Assembly (NCBI GenBank): GCA_964016885.1
Contig: OZ024741.1
Span: forward strand, 63,984,001-64,048,000
Source: Eledone cirrhosa
Taxonomy: Eukaryota
DNA length: 64,000 nt
Reading direction: 5' to 3'
In this document: positions 43,654 through 58,292 of the stretch, piece after piece
Layout: each line of letters starts with the position of its first letter
How positions within the stretch are numbered: the first letter of the stretch is position 1
Program-made: the position numbers and the translations under genes
The notes under the pieces: generated by a model
The model's database searches: none
Told to the model about the DNA's origin: nothing
What the model saw: the letters and a program-made list of their open reading frames with translations, nothing else

Positions 43654-44899
43654 CTACATGAACTGACAACAGTTCAGTATTTTGTCACATATATCTGCAG
43701 TCACTCATTTATTGTGCCTTTATTTTGAGGTGATTGTGTGTAATCTTTTTTTCTCTGGTTCAGATTAGTTATGAACGAGCGTACTTATGGCACGTAGACA
43801 ATTGACTAAACCACTAGCTGCATTCTATGGATCGATTATTCCAGATATGTCATGCTTTTGCCGAGCTAATGAACATATTGTACACTCATGCATGCAGGTG
43901 TTTATTGTATAAAATGCAGTATATTCTACACTGTCCAGTCAATTTCTCCGAGAAATGTTATCAAAAGTTGACAATATAAAAGGTTTAAGTAGCGAAGAAC
44001 TTTCTACGTAAACAGTGGTCCCATTGGATGGTCGGAGACTATTAATTGTGAAATGAGCAGGTGTCTGTATTTCGTCTATGCCCAAAATTCCATAGTAATA
44101 GAAGGAATATAAACATTCAATCCGAATTTCTATTCACTCTGTCAACAGTACTTTATCTCGCGCCGAATTAGTAAAACTCTTTTAAATTACTTCAAGAGAC
44201 TCAATAAATTAATTGTAGTGATAGCAGAATTATCAGAGTCCGTATCCCCTGTCAATAATGATAGGAGTTATAAAAGACTTGATCTTTATGTAATGTGTTT
44301 TGAGTAAGTCATCGTGGCAACACCCAAATCTTTTCAGCCTATTTCAACAGTAAACTCGGCACTACAAATGAATGTTATCAAGAACAATGTTTTTTTAACT
44401 TAAGCATTAGACCAGCAATTTGGGAGAGAAGAGTACATTGATTGAATCATCAACCGCAGTACTTAACCGGTACTTCATTTTATTGATTCCGGGCGTTATC
44501 TACAATAATGAGTTGCTTCGTTTATATACAGATACGTGAACTGGCTTATTTCAGTCCTAAATGTTTTGGACTTAGACAGAATTCAATCTATTGATCATTT
44601 GGTTGGCCCTCGAAAGCTTTTGCTAGAAACATTTAGCTATGAAGCAACAGTAGGATGAAACTGTATTTCAGAGTTTAGTATAGATTTTTGTCCTAGGTTC
44701 AAGGGAAATTTTATGGATTAACTAGCACAAATTATACTGCAAGATGCAAAGATGCAAGGTGCGTAAATCTAATTCTAAATCTTAAGCGAGCTGACATTTA
44801 ACTTCCCACTACCAATCAAGTAGTAGCCAACACAGACATCTCCTAATTTTGCAGCATTGTACCTATGATAGAAATGTTTATGATGGGGTGAATACTCAC

Positions 44900-45052
44900 C
44901 TTCGAGCCATTAGAAAGTCATACAAAATGCTTTGCGGTATTCGTTCCGGCTCCCTGCGCTTTCTGAGTTCGAGTCACGCCGTCGTCAAATTTATCATTCA
45001 TCCTTTCTAAGTCGATAAAAACGTATCAGTACAGTATTGGAATCGATTATTC
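44900..45052 (+). mobile_element. Diverged SINE (further fragments at 37010-37145 and 44400-44492)
   Basis: TTCTGAGTTCGAGTC..TTCATCCTTTCTAAGTCGATAAAA. Confidence 0.6.
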
Positions 45053-45135
45053 CTCTCTCTCTCTCTCTCTTATATATATATATATATATAATATATATAT
45101 CGCGCGCTCGCTCACTCTCTCTCTCTCCCTCTCTC

Positions 45136-45198
<63 letters not shown>

Positions 45199-45981
45199 TT
45201 CTCTCTCACGCGCGCTTCCCACCCTCTCTTACTCTCTCATTCTCTGGAAAGAGAGGGAATGGGATCTGCCAGAATTAAAACACCCAAGACAAACTGTGTG
45301 TCACTACGGTGATCCTACGACTCTCTCAAGAGTTACGAACCCATACATATATACAAATAGTCACCTGATGAGTGCAACATTAGCATAATGATATAACAGT
45401 AATTTACCCCTTCTTAACACTAATGCATCAATGAAAATCGAATTTGCAATCCTAATAATATTACTTATTTAATTGATAAGGCCATTTGTTAATTCCATTT
45501 AGTTAATCCTATTCAAACAAAGTTAGGAATTGTAGAGTAAAAGAAGACATTTTCTAGCTTTCTTTCTTTATTCCTTTCTTTCCTTTCTGTCAGAATACAT
45601 GAAGGGCCATTTAGTGAAAAGCTGCTATACGTTTTAACTAAATATTCATTTCATTGAGAAGAATTAAAGGCTAAATAGAGCCATTACCAGCTGAAATATA
45701 TACAACATTTGGTCTTAATAATGACGGTATCTATCTCTATGTCCACTGATCACCAACTGGTTAAATATAAAGTAGTTTATATGCGTCGAACTAAAACAGC
45801 ACTAATACCCTACTATATTATACTGCAAGAAAGCTGGTTACATATATATTAATTGAAAAAACACATTTCATTTTTAAATAGAGTATGCATGACGTTTTTA
45901 AAATCAGTATTATATAGCGTTTGCAGTTTCTGAAAAGATCATTTTTTAAAGAAATTATTTATTATATATAAATTATATATA

Positions 45982-46171
45982 TGGTGGAATGGCAGTATCG
46001 GTAGAGGTTCGGACGCCATGCTTTGACGCATAGAGATACGACCCTTGCCATTCTGAGTTCAAATCCCGCCGAGGTTAACTTTCATCCTTTCATCCTTTCG
46101 GGGTCGATAAAATAAAGTACCAGTAATGTACTGGGTAATTTCTGGCCTTGTGCCAATAGTAGAAACAATTA
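45982..46171 (+). mobile_element. SINE, young subfamily
   Basis: Full-length match to the family. Confidence 0.9.
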
Positions 46172-46356
46172 TTTATTATATATAAACTGTATTTCATTTA
46201 AAAAAAGATGGTTTCTGTTTTGACGACTGCTAGTTATTTTAGTGTTATGGTTCTCAATATTGTCATGTAGTCGTGGATGTTGTTACTAATGTTTCTCATT
46301 TAAAACAAAACTGTCCAATAAAGTTTTTAATGTTTTCAGTATATCAAAATCAGGGA

Positions 46357-46393
<37 letters not shown>

Positions 46394-46899
46394 TATGTAT
46401 ACGTACATACATATATGTATACAGACGTACAGTAGTATGTATATATATACATACATGCACACATATATATATGTACGTATGGATTCACCGAACATTTATT
46501 ATAATGCTCGGTTTGTTTGTAAACAAACATCCCGTATTAAGCTGTACAGTGTTTAACAACCATCGTTGCCCTTTTGTTCAACACTGACAAAGGAACGATG
46601 TACATACTACTGTACGTCTGTATACATATATGTATGTACGTATACATACTTATATTTAAGTAACAGCCGTACTCAGAGTGAAAACTGTGACTACTCCTGA
46701 CTATATTAAACCTTCGTTAGTGGTGTACTTACTAAAACTAGTGTCCTAATCTTGCATAATCATAGATGTAGTACTAATGAGTCCTACATAGTCGACGAAT
46801 TTTAGGTCCGTGTGTCTTCTCTCTCCCCATTTGAGGCTATATACTGGTCTCTCATGGATTTGCTGATGATGAAATCCACCATTTATAGGGACAAATAAA

Positions 46900-47345
46900 A
46901 GGACAGTGTCCACTACTGACGCACTCCTATGACAACATCGAAATTCTCGATATTTCCATCTTTGGTTCTGACGCAGCAGTGTGTTCCCCGGTAAATTATT
47001 TCATGATATTGATGTAGCAGGTAGCCTTTCCATGCAGAGCGACGATCTTCCACGATGAGTGCCTGTGCATATTGTTGAGGGCCTTCTTGAAGTCAATGAA
47101 GTTGACCACAAGCGATGGAAGTCGAAACTTATCTCAATGTTCTGTAGTATGAATATTTATTCGCTGCACGAACTTCTACTTCCGTATCCGACCTGCTTCT
47201 CTCGTAAATGCACATCAACTGTCTTTTTCAGACGAGTAAGGTTGACACTGCAAAAATCCTTTCCATGGGCAGACAACAATGTTACTCTGCACCAGTCGAT
47301 GCAGTCACTTAAAGCTCATTTCTTGTGTAAAGTTGCTGCCACACC
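46900..47345 (-). mobile_element. Decayed RTE-like RT fragment
   Basis: Minus strand: QVGYGSRSSCSE.IFIL..LVVNFIDFKKA. Confidence 0.55.
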
Positions 47346-47485
47346 ATCACCCAGGCTTCGGCGAAAACCTTTTCATGCCATATTAAGTTGTAAAGGTGAT
47401 TCAACTCTTCTGCGGTAACTTGATATTTAAATAACTTTGCAGTTATCTAGTTCTTCTGCCTTGATTCCCCCCCCCCCCCACACAC

Positions 47486-47556
<71 letters not shown>

Positions 47557-47713
47557 GAAACACACAGATACATGCGGACACACACATATATACATGAATG
47601 CATCCGCACCCAACTGTGAGTTAAGGGTGCCAACTTCACCGATGTTGCTCAATGAATGACTGGGACAGACCAATTCAGTTTGAACCAGACTGAACCAGTA
47701 TCAGAGTTAAAAA

Positions 47714-47961
47714 TACATTATGAAGAGAGAAGAAACATTTAGATATAATTAGTAATAAAATGTATCATACCTAAACTGTTCCTAAATTCCTCGACTACGT
47801 AGTTTCGTGGCATAAACAAAAACAATATATCAAAGATATAGAGTCTTTGATATATTGTTTTTGTTTATGCCACGAAACTACGTAGTCGAGGAATTTAGGA
47901 ACAGTTTAGGTATGATACATTTTATTACTAATTATATCTAAATGTTTCTTCTCTCTTCATA

Positions 47962-47966
<5 letters not shown>
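47714..47966. repeat. Perfect palindrome, ~123-bp arms with a 7-nt loop
   Basis: ..ATATATCAAAGA-TATAGAG-TCTTTGATATAT.. Each arm carries GAAACTACGTAGTC. Confidence 0.9.
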
Positions 47967-48000
<34 letters not shown>

Positions 48001-48136
48001 AACAAGTAAGACCCCGACGGCTGAGCTCAAGCCGTTTCGACGGCTAATTCTGGACTGAATTACCCACTCTACTACCCTAAGTATTGAGTACTTTGGTGCG
48101 TTATGGTCCACCTGGTTCCTTACCACATTTCCTTCG

Positions 48137-48171
<35 letters not shown>

Positions 48172-48186
48172 TCTATATGATATATA

Positions 48187-48526
<340 letters not shown>

Positions 48527-48726
48527 AAAACCACAAAAGATGTGAGAAAAGCCACAAACCCTCCATCTCAATTCTACACAAGAACTGCGAAACGGTAAAG
48601 GAACCAAATAAATATATATATTTTTTTAAAGACTCCAGTTGCATTTTCGATTTCATCTTTTTTCCTTATACTTTCACTCGTGTAGGACACATCGTTTTCT
48701 CTTCATTTTGTAAAAAAAAACCTCAC

Positions 48727-48766
<40 letters not shown>

Positions 48767-48929
48767 TTATTTATTAAAATAGCAGATTAAAGTTTAAGCA
48801 AAGAATCGGTGCTTTCACCCTTAACGGGATCTTCTGAAACTAACCTTTGCTCTACGGTTCTTATATATTTGATATATATTCATCCTTATCGAGCCCTCTT
48901 TGGATATTAATCTTCAAATTTATTATTAT

Positions 48930-48982
<53 letters not shown>

Positions 48983-49509
48983 ATATATATTAATTTATAA
49001 AGTCCCTAATACGTAAACATCTCAATGAAAGGATAAGATATATTAATAAATTATCTGCTCAGAGAAGTAATAAGATATATTAAACTTAAGCCAAAATCTC
49101 AATTTTGGAGATATAAACTAGAGCGGCTAAAATATGTCGGTTTTACTTATACAGTTATTATACAGTTTTACTTATACAGTTCCCCGATCATAGTTTCTTA
49201 TAATCAAAAAACAACACCAATTATTCCAAGACATTGGAATAATTAATATTGGAAGAATTACAATTCCTTCATCGGGAGTGGAATCTTTGTAACAAAGGGG
49301 ATACGTTGAATATATATCATACATGCCCTGTTCTTGAATATATATCATACATGCCCTGTTCAGCGTGTTGTGTGGCTGAATTATATGATTATATTCCACT
49401 CAATATATTAGTGGCTTATATAAGCTCCCTTGTGTGAAAACAGTAGAAATGAGCCATCCGTTCAATTATCCTTCCTCCTAATATATATATATATATATAA
49501 CTCATTTAC

Positions 49510-49935
49510 CTTCTCTAGCCGACTGGGGTTTAGACTGGAACATTCCAACAGTACTATTACATATTATGTATACATATGACATCCACATCACTGTATCCGT
49601 TTATATGTTTATTCTCTGGGTTATCCTTTCTAGGGAATGCATTGTATAGTGTTTCCGCTACTACATCATGTTTCATATGCAGTTTTGAGGTGAAATCTTT
49701 GAACAGCTGCTTCGATGATTACTCCACAGACTCCCGATCTGTTACCATATTTGTTTTGCCTATATCTTTATCTCGTCTGTGCATTAGGTATTCCGTCGTT
49801 ATACCCTGTTCTTGGATTGCAAAAGTATATCCTTCAAAGTAAGAGCCAATATACCAATTGATTGTCAAAGTTAGACTGCTTTGCTTATCTATATTTCTCT
49901 TACTTTGAATCTATCTGACAACAAATCCATGCATG
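49510..49935 (-). mobile_element. Decayed R4-type LINE fragment
   Basis: Minus strand: SYFEGYTFAIQEQGITT..MKHDVVAETLYNA, similar to the 26190 fragment. Confidence 0.6.
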
Positions 49936-49957
49936 ATTTTTTTGCTGATAAGTATGC

Positions 49958-50063
49958 GCAGCAGCAGCAGCAGCAGCAGCAGAAGAAGAAGAAGAAGAAG
50001 AAGAAGAAGAAGAAGAAGAAGAAGAAGAAGAAGAAGAAGAAGAAGAAGAAGAAGAAGAAGAAG

Positions 50064-50092
<29 letters not shown>
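49958..50092 (+). repeat. Compound microsatellite (CAG)n(AAG)n
   Basis: Direct inspection. Confidence 0.95.
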
Positions 50093-50094
<2 letters not shown>

Positions 50095-52338
50095 TACATA
50101 AATTACCCGATTTTCTCAACTTTTATTTATAGTGATCGACTGTTATGATTATTTGTGTTGAGAAGACTACTTTTCAAATTTCAAATTTTTCCATTACGTC
50201 TTAAGTTCACTCGTTGTTTAAAATACGTTTCTGTTTTTCTATAATAAATTGTACCTTTGATTTCATGCCATAGTTCATCAATCATTTGTCTTAAAATATG
50301 GATGTTAGAAAATGTAACCGAAGCTGCTGTAAATGTGTCAATACACTGCCAAATGTAAACAGAACTATTTTACATATGCGTTGGGTACTGCAAAGTCGTT
50401 TACCTTGCCTATCACCGTTTAATAGTCACTATCATCTAGCTCCGAAATCCAATAATCACATTCACCCTAAAACTCTGGTCAGAAGCTCAGAGACACTTGA
50501 CCATTCGTATCAAATCCTCACGAGGAAGGAGGTCCTCTCCTTTTCTCGTTCCGCTCACGAGACATCACTGCTCCTCTTACTGCCAATGCAACTCATAACC
50601 ACAACATATTTCTCAGCGAACTGACAAAAAGGTGCATCATCTGGCTCTAGCTTTTACTGGAGTTAGAATATTCCTCAAAGAATCTGCAAGACGGTGAATC
50701 AGCGGAGTTGTTACAACGTCAAATAGAATAATTTGCTGAATTCATTCCAGATAAATAAAGTACCAATCCAGTTCTGGGTCAATTTTTTCACTATATATAT
50801 TTTTTACTTCCACTCTCTTATTCTTTCTCTTTTTTTATGGAATTGGCTGTGTTCAGACCTGAAGAGGGATAGGCTCTGCTAATTTTTAAATGTGTATGTC
50901 ACGCTACCATTAGGACTTAAGATTCCATACAAAGTCCGTGCATACTCCTCTGTGTCCACAAATTAATGGCTTTACAACGCCACCTAAAATGGTAGCAATG
51001 GTGGATTGGAATTTGCTAAATATTATGCAGAAGCCGGTATTAAATTCAATTAAGAAGTTAAGATATAGAATAAACACATACTTGTAGAGAAACATTAAAA
51101 GATGTAACCAACTTTTCATAAATATATAACTATATACATAATAAATACAATATCGGAGAAAGCTTTTTAGCGATACTCCGGCCAAATTCCAACTCACTCA
51201 ACAAACATTAGGAAATAAGTGATTATATTCCCAATTATGCGTTAGGGGTGCTAACTAAAAGTATTGCGTGGAAAATTGGCTGTATTATTTCATATGAGAC
51301 ATATCTAATATATCTCTTCCCAGACGGACGTCTCGTTTCATTATAGGATTCCTACAATTTGGGTGAAATTATACCAATTTATGTAGGAGCTTGTATACCA
51401 TCAATAGATATATATTCAAGTGGGCTCCTATAATTCATCAGTGGGTGCCCCAATAATACTAATATTGATAATCTAACCAACATCATTATTTAGCGATAAT
51501 CATCATCCTCTGTGCCTGAGGTATCTGTCAGGTTGCCAGTCCAGCAGTTTTAAAGAAGTGCTCAAACTGATTCAAAAAATGAGGAAGTAAATTACCGCCA
51601 AAACTATATACATATATATTTGTACAGAGCATTACACGATTTAACCGATGCTACGTAAATATGTAAATATACACACTGACAAATGCTTAGTCCCACGTCA
51701 ACCCTGATTGAGCATACCTGTAATCAAAGTTATTCCGATCACGTTTTTCTGAGGACGCATATGACTACATTATCCAGTATTTGTTTCGTTATAAAATTTT
51801 AGAGAGATTTGGTGGTGAATTGTGACCGCGTAGCCGGTCACTGGTTGTAGATTCCTTAATTAGTTAGCATGGATGCCATTATGGATGCCATTATGGATGC
51901 CATGTTTTGTACAGATAAATGATATGGTTATGTTTTCTTAACGTTTCAAAACCAAAATAGACATACGACCTAATTCATTTTTGACTAGCCAACGAGAGAG
52001 TCTTTATATGGTAGCATGTCTTTCTAGAAATAGCGGCAAAACCTCCCTTAACTCACACGGCAACTGTCTTAGAAAGTGCATGCGATATTAGAAAGGGGGG
52101 ATATAAAAAGGCTTTTGATCATGTCATCACTATTAGGGCTTCTTTGATACTAAATTACAGCAACAAAAACTATGACGAGTTTTCAAGGCAGCCTGTTGTT
52201 AAACAACAATGGAAGTATGTGAGGTGAAACATAGTCAGTATTGCAACAGCGAGAATGTACGACAGAATCCCGAGGGTGTGATACGAGCCATGAACTCCCT
52301 AAACAGATACCTTATCGATCGATCCCTTATTAATCAAA

Positions 52339-52420
<82 letters not shown>

Positions 52421-52979
52421 CTCTCCCCGAAAGTAAAAGTCTTAATTACTTCAATAAACTGTAATAATTTCCATATTGTCATTATTTTTCATTCGGCAAT
52501 CCATTTGTATTATTGATTTTATAATTCCCCTTGGTGTGCCAAACGTTGCACCGCTCACGAATTATTTTATGACTGGTGATAATGCAAACTTGAAAGTAAT
52601 TTAGAATAAGAAGATTTAGCAATGTTGACAGCTGCTAATTAGATTTGCTGGGTGCATTTTTAAATAGTCTAGTTCGTATTAGCGTGTCTACGTGTTTTGG
52701 GGGGATTTTTTTCTATTCCTATTTGTGGCAGCAAAGCTCAAGTGTACTTTTCTGATCATTTACAATATTTTCTGTTCTCGCAAAACATTAATTGATTAAA
52801 GAGATTAACATTCTGCGTGGGTTCAATTCTCTCAGGCAAATAACTTTTTTTTCTTTTAAATCTTTCTCATACGACACTTTATGTTCATGTTTTTATAACT
52901 ACAAAAAGTGTTTTTTAATGTGTAAAAACCATTATTGTATTTATTAAATGGAGGAGACAAATTAACCAATATTGTCTAT

Positions 52980-53144
52980 GGGCGGTGGATTGGCAATATC
53001 GTTAGAGCGTCATGTACCATGTTTTGCAGCATAGAGTTCAAATCCCGCCGAGGTTTACCTTTCATCCTTACGGGGTCGATAAAATAAAACACCAGTAATG
53101 CACTGGTGTAATTGTTGGCATTGTGTCAAAAGTAGTGACAATTA
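52980..53144 (+). mobile_element. SINE with an internal deletion
   Basis: GGCGGTGGATTGGCAATATCG..GAGTTCAAATCCCGCCGAGG. Confidence 0.85.
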
Positions 53145-53432
53145 TCTATGCAGTTTCTCTGTTTGTTAGAAATAGCAGCCACATTTCCCTGAAACCACAC
53201 GATTTAAAGAAGAGGCACATTGGCAACTGTAGCTCTAATTACACTGTCTAGCATATACTGCTAGCTCAAGGCTGAGAGGAAGACTGAAACGTCAACAACT
53301 AAAGATCATAAAAATACCTTATAAAAGCACAAGGTTTCACATTTGTATATGTGTAGTAGTTTTACTATACCCTAGTGTATTAATTAATATGCATTTAAGG
53401 CGTAGTAAAATATTGATTTCTTATTGAAATAC

Positions 53433-53618
53433 GAGGCCAGCCAATTTGGGGAGGACAAAGTTAATGAAATCAAGCCCAGTACTTGTCTCGTACTTTATTT
53501 CATCGACCCTGGAGGGATGAAATACAAAGTTGACCTCTTCAGGATTTGATTTCTGAATGCAAAGAACTGGAACAAATACCGCAATGGCAATTTTATCCGA
53601 CGCTCCACCAATTCTTCC
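53433..53618 (-). mobile_element. Diverged SINE
   Basis: GTACTTTATTTCATCGACCC..GGATGAAA. Confidence 0.6.
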
Positions 53619-53846
53619 AAATTAGAACCCTCAAAAATCGAAGTGCCGGATACCAGGTCAAACCAGGAAAAATATGCTTCCATTCGCGATACTATCTGCC
53701 TGTCGCAACACCTGGCAGAAGAAACAACGTTAGATAAAGTATTTGACTGAAGGGCACAATATTCCACCCAGTGAGGAATCGAATTCGCGAGTCCCAAAAC
53801 AACCTGTCCTCTAGGCTAAATATATATAACTCAATATTACTATGTA

Positions 53847-55430
53847 CTAGCAGAAAAACCGCCCCTTGTGCGGTTTTCTGCTAGTACAGTATATATAGTG
53901 TGTATATTGTTATACACAATTATATATGCACATAGATATGATACGTAAATTTACAATATGCACATAAACTGAACAAAGAGTGTTACACGTTTTTTTAGGA
54001 CATTTTGTTTCAGTATGTCATCCATGAGGCTGTCATACTTGATCTTGAAATCTCTTGCACAAATATCAGGACTGTTTCTAGGTTCTTCACCAGGGAGCAA
54101 ACTATTTTTTATTTCATCCCAGTTAGGGTTAGTTGTTACTGTGATGAAATAAGATGGCTTTCCTATGTGTCGAACCAGAGTCATCGAATTCTGAAAGCAC
54201 TCACTGTAGAAGCGAGGGGAACCATAGATTGAAGGAGGAAGAACAGTTCTCCGGCCTGCATTTACTGAATCTCATTCAGCAACATCATACAAGCCCTCAT
54301 ACTTTACAGCTCGTATCATGGTTTGATTGTTGAGGGTCCATTTGAGGCGACAATGTTCTATTTTTGCCTGTGTATCTACAGCATATTGCTGCATCAGCCG
54401 CCTGCTCTTCATGCTAATGCTACAGTCACCATGTCTAACCTAAAACCAATAACAGTAGAAATCAGTGGGTGTGAGTGTGTGGTTGTTGTCAATCCTTTTC
54501 AAACCAACCTGAAACCCATCATTCCCCCAAGGAAACAGTAGCACATAATGCAGAGGATCATAATAAGGGTGCAACTGATGAATCCTCTGAAGGCCGCCAT
54601 CTCTTTTATGAATTATGACATCCAAGAGACCTAATGCTGTATCAGGTTGAATAACAGCAATCTCAGATGCCATGTGCGACTATGAAAATCAGTGGGTTTT
54701 ACTTTGTCAGCATGTAAGATAATATTCACATTTTCAGAGACTGGCATTTTAATGACTGCCTTCAAACTTCTTATGTAGGTGTTGCAGTAGTGCACATTTT
54801 CTTGCAGATCTAACAGGACAGCAGCATCTAAATTAGCATGTTGCAAGCAGTTCTGGAGCTCATGATTTGTATCCTAGAAGTAAAGCTGCGCAAACTTGAG
54901 TGAAGCATCACTTGGAAGTAGTGATCCAAGAATATGACAAATCTTACCTTGGATCTTAAATGTGGGACTAAATACTGGTGCTTTAATCTCTTTACAGCCG
55001 ATTGGAGCTAATGCAAGCACACTGTTATATGCCCGTATCTTATCGAAATATTTCAGTATATTTGGTGAAGGAGGAGGAAGTTGAGGGAGTTTCCCCGGAA
55101 GCAGCACAGAGATTTGGGTTCATGTAGACAGCGATAAGCTTTACAGTACAGACAAATAGGCAAAGAGACTCTCTGCATTATGTTGTGGCATTATGGAAAG
55201 AACAGTTTGCTCTTGGAAAGGTTCATCTGTAGGAATCTTTGCCAGACCTTCAATTGACTTGTTCCTTCCTCTCTGAACGTTTGGTGTATTTGTTGAAAGT
55301 TATTGTTGGTGTTAATGAAATGTTGTAGAGCGATTATTGTTTGATTGGTTTGCGATCATCTCTCTTTGTCGTTGTGCATCTGCAGCCATGCGTTGGGATT
55401 TAGATGAGAAATGTTTTCTGTGTCCCATGT
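53847..55430 (-). mobile_element. Helitron relic: RepHel N-terminal region joined to the 3' terminus
   Basis: CLYCKA..LCC; IRAYNSVLAL; PTFKIQG; FAQLYF; YDPLHYVLLFPWG; QQYAVD..KIE; VLPPS..GSPR; GKPSYFITVTTNPNW. Ends in a hairpin plus CTAG|T at 53847. Confidence 0.9.
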
Positions 55431-55514
55431 TCAATGTCTGTCATGTATGTATAAAAACATCTTATCTCTACGGTGAAATCTTAGAAATGAATATATGTAA
55501 AAACAATATATATT

Positions 55515-55641
<127 letters not shown>

Positions 55642-55731
55642 ATGTATATATATATAGGTATATATAAAATATGTAGTTTAGAATTTTTACATATTTCACA
55701 ATGCTTCAAGCAAACTTTAACACCCTCTTAT

Positions 55732-55768
<37 letters not shown>

Positions 55769-55955
55769 AACGAGTAGGACCCCGACGGCTGAGCTCAAGC
55801 CGTTTCGACGGCTAATTCTGGACTGAATTAGCCGTCAAAACGGCTTCAGCTCAGCCGTCGGGGTCCTACTCGTTCCTATTACCCACTCTACTACCCTAAT
55901 ATTGAGTACTTTGGTGCGTTATGGTCCATCTGGTTCCGTACCACATTTCCTTCGT

Positions 55956-56003
<48 letters not shown>

Positions 56004-56380
56004 TTTACATATATATATACATACACATACATATACGTGTTTTGCAAGTGGTCACTTTTTGGCTCAATGAAAAATTAATAAATTAAACAATCAGAGCTAT
56101 ATATCATAAAACATGTCTATAGAGTCACAAGATAAAATATATACTATTTCCTCTCCCAATTAGCATAATTAACTATATAAGAAATCGAATAGACCAGGCT
56201 ATACGAATGAGGCTTCTATGAAGGAATCTCCAACAAATAACCAAAGCTAGCGCTTCGCGTCGGCCGTAGCGGAATATTTATCGAATATTTCGACAGCGTA
56301 ATCGCCTAGATACAGTCAACTAAGCAGAATTAGGTTTAAAATAAACTAGGAGAAAATAGAATACACTTAAATATATATAT

Positions 56381-56521
<141 letters not shown>

Positions 56522-57621
56522 TATTATATTTATTATATATATATATAAATGAAAAGTATAGAAATTGTTGTAGCGAGAAGCTAACAGTATTCCATAATAT
56601 ATATACATATATATATATATACATATATATATACATACATATATATATATACATATATATATATACATATATATATATACATATATATATATATACATAT
56701 ATATATATTTACATATATATATATTTCGTTTCTGAATTTGTTTAGCAAGATTCTTTATCTGAAATCGTGTGTTGAAACCGATATTGTTATACTTTGGGAG
56801 GGTCATGTTGCCAATAAGAAACACACGCACCAGTTGCATTCACTTCAATTTATTATAATAAATTTATAATAAATTTATAAATTTCTGGTTGGTTGGTTGG
56901 TTCCACAACCAGATAGTTGTTTATACATAGTCATAGTTCTTTCATCACACACTCTGTGACCTCTTCAGTGACTGGGGATTCCTTTCTTTGTTTCTGTGCC
57001 TCTCCTTTGTTCTGTCCTACGCCATTTTGTTTCTGTGTGTGTGTTGTGTGCTCAGTCTGCGCATGCGCCACATCCGGGTGTCTGTGTGTGTTTATGTTCA
57101 TTTATTTATTTGTGTATTTACATGTTACTGGTTGGTTGTTTGTTCTATGTGTGTGTGTGTTTTCATTTTGTCCTTAATTGTAAGTTGTGATGTTGCTGTT
57201 CCACTCATATTTTCTATTTAATTTTGGTTGTAATTCTTTTATGTTTATTGCCTCTGTAATTTGTCTAAACATTGCGTCTTTTCTGTGTGTAGATTCTATT
57301 TTTATTTCTATGTTCTATGTTCTCTAATTTACCCTTGTGTTCTATTTTAGCATGTTGGTAGAGTACAGATGATTCTTTACTATCTTGAAGATCTCGCCAG
57401 TGTTCATTTATCCGTTCCCCTACACTACGAGCTGTCTGACCTATGTACACTATATTTTTGTCTCTACATTGTCCTTCAGTTAATCTTATGCTATACACTA
57501 CATTTCTAGTTTTACAGTTAATATGGGGGCTTATTTTACAGGTTATACATTTCTTATCTATACATGAGGGTCTTTGAAAAGGGTATGTCTTGCTAATAAG
57601 TGTTTTTACGTAAAAACACTT

Positions 57622-58047
57622 AAAACACTTATTAGCAAGACATACCCTTTTCAAAGACCCTCATGTATAGATAAGAAATGTATAACCTGTAAAATAAGCC
57701 CCCATATTAACTGTAAAACTAGAAATGTAGTGTATAGCATAAGATGTACTGAAGGACAATGTAGAGACAAAAATATAGTGTACATAGGTCAGACAGCTCG
57801 TAGTGTAGGGGAACGGATAAATGAACACTGGCGAGACCTTCAAGATAGTAAAGAATCATCTGTACTCTACCAACATGCTAAAATAGAACACAAGGGTAAA
57901 TTAGAGAACATAGAAATAAAAATAGAATCTACACACAGAAAAGATGCAATGTTTAGACAAATTACAGAGGCAATAAACATAAAAGAATTACAACCAAAAT
58001 TAAATAGAAAATATGAGTGGAACAGCAACATCACAACTTACAATTAA
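57622..58047 (+). pseudogene. PLE GIY-YIG endonuclease domain (open frame, no RT)
   Basis: CITC..CKTRNVVYSIRC..YIGQTARSVGERINEH..LYQH..H..RQITEA..LNRKYEWN. Confidence 0.85.
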
Positions 58048-58247
58048 GGTCAAAATGAAAACACACACACACATAGAACAAACAACCAACCAGTAACATG
58101 TAAATAAACAAATAAATAAATGAACATAAACACACACAGACACCCGGATGTGGCGCATGCGCCGACTGAGCACACAACACACACACAGAAACAAAATGGC
58201 GTAGGACAGAACAAAGGAGAGGCACAGAAACAAAGAAAGGAATCCCC

Positions 58248-58292
58248 AGTCACTGAAGAGGTCACAGAGTGTGTGACGAAAGAACTATGACT
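58248..58292 (+). ncRNA. Hammerhead ribozyme in the pLTR; inverted copy at 56929-56973
   Basis: AGTCA-CTGAAGA-G-GTCAC..GTGAC-GAAAG-AA-CTA^-TGACT. Confidence 0.7.

Noticed and set aside
43763-43897. Possible host exon (pyrimidine tract-CAG ... CAG/GTG)
   Set aside because: Only a short ORF with no recognisable homology; not supportable without RNA data.
45364-45392. CTGATGA motifs at 19624, 45366 and 46863
   Set aside because: No properly placed GAAA/NUH with closing stems.
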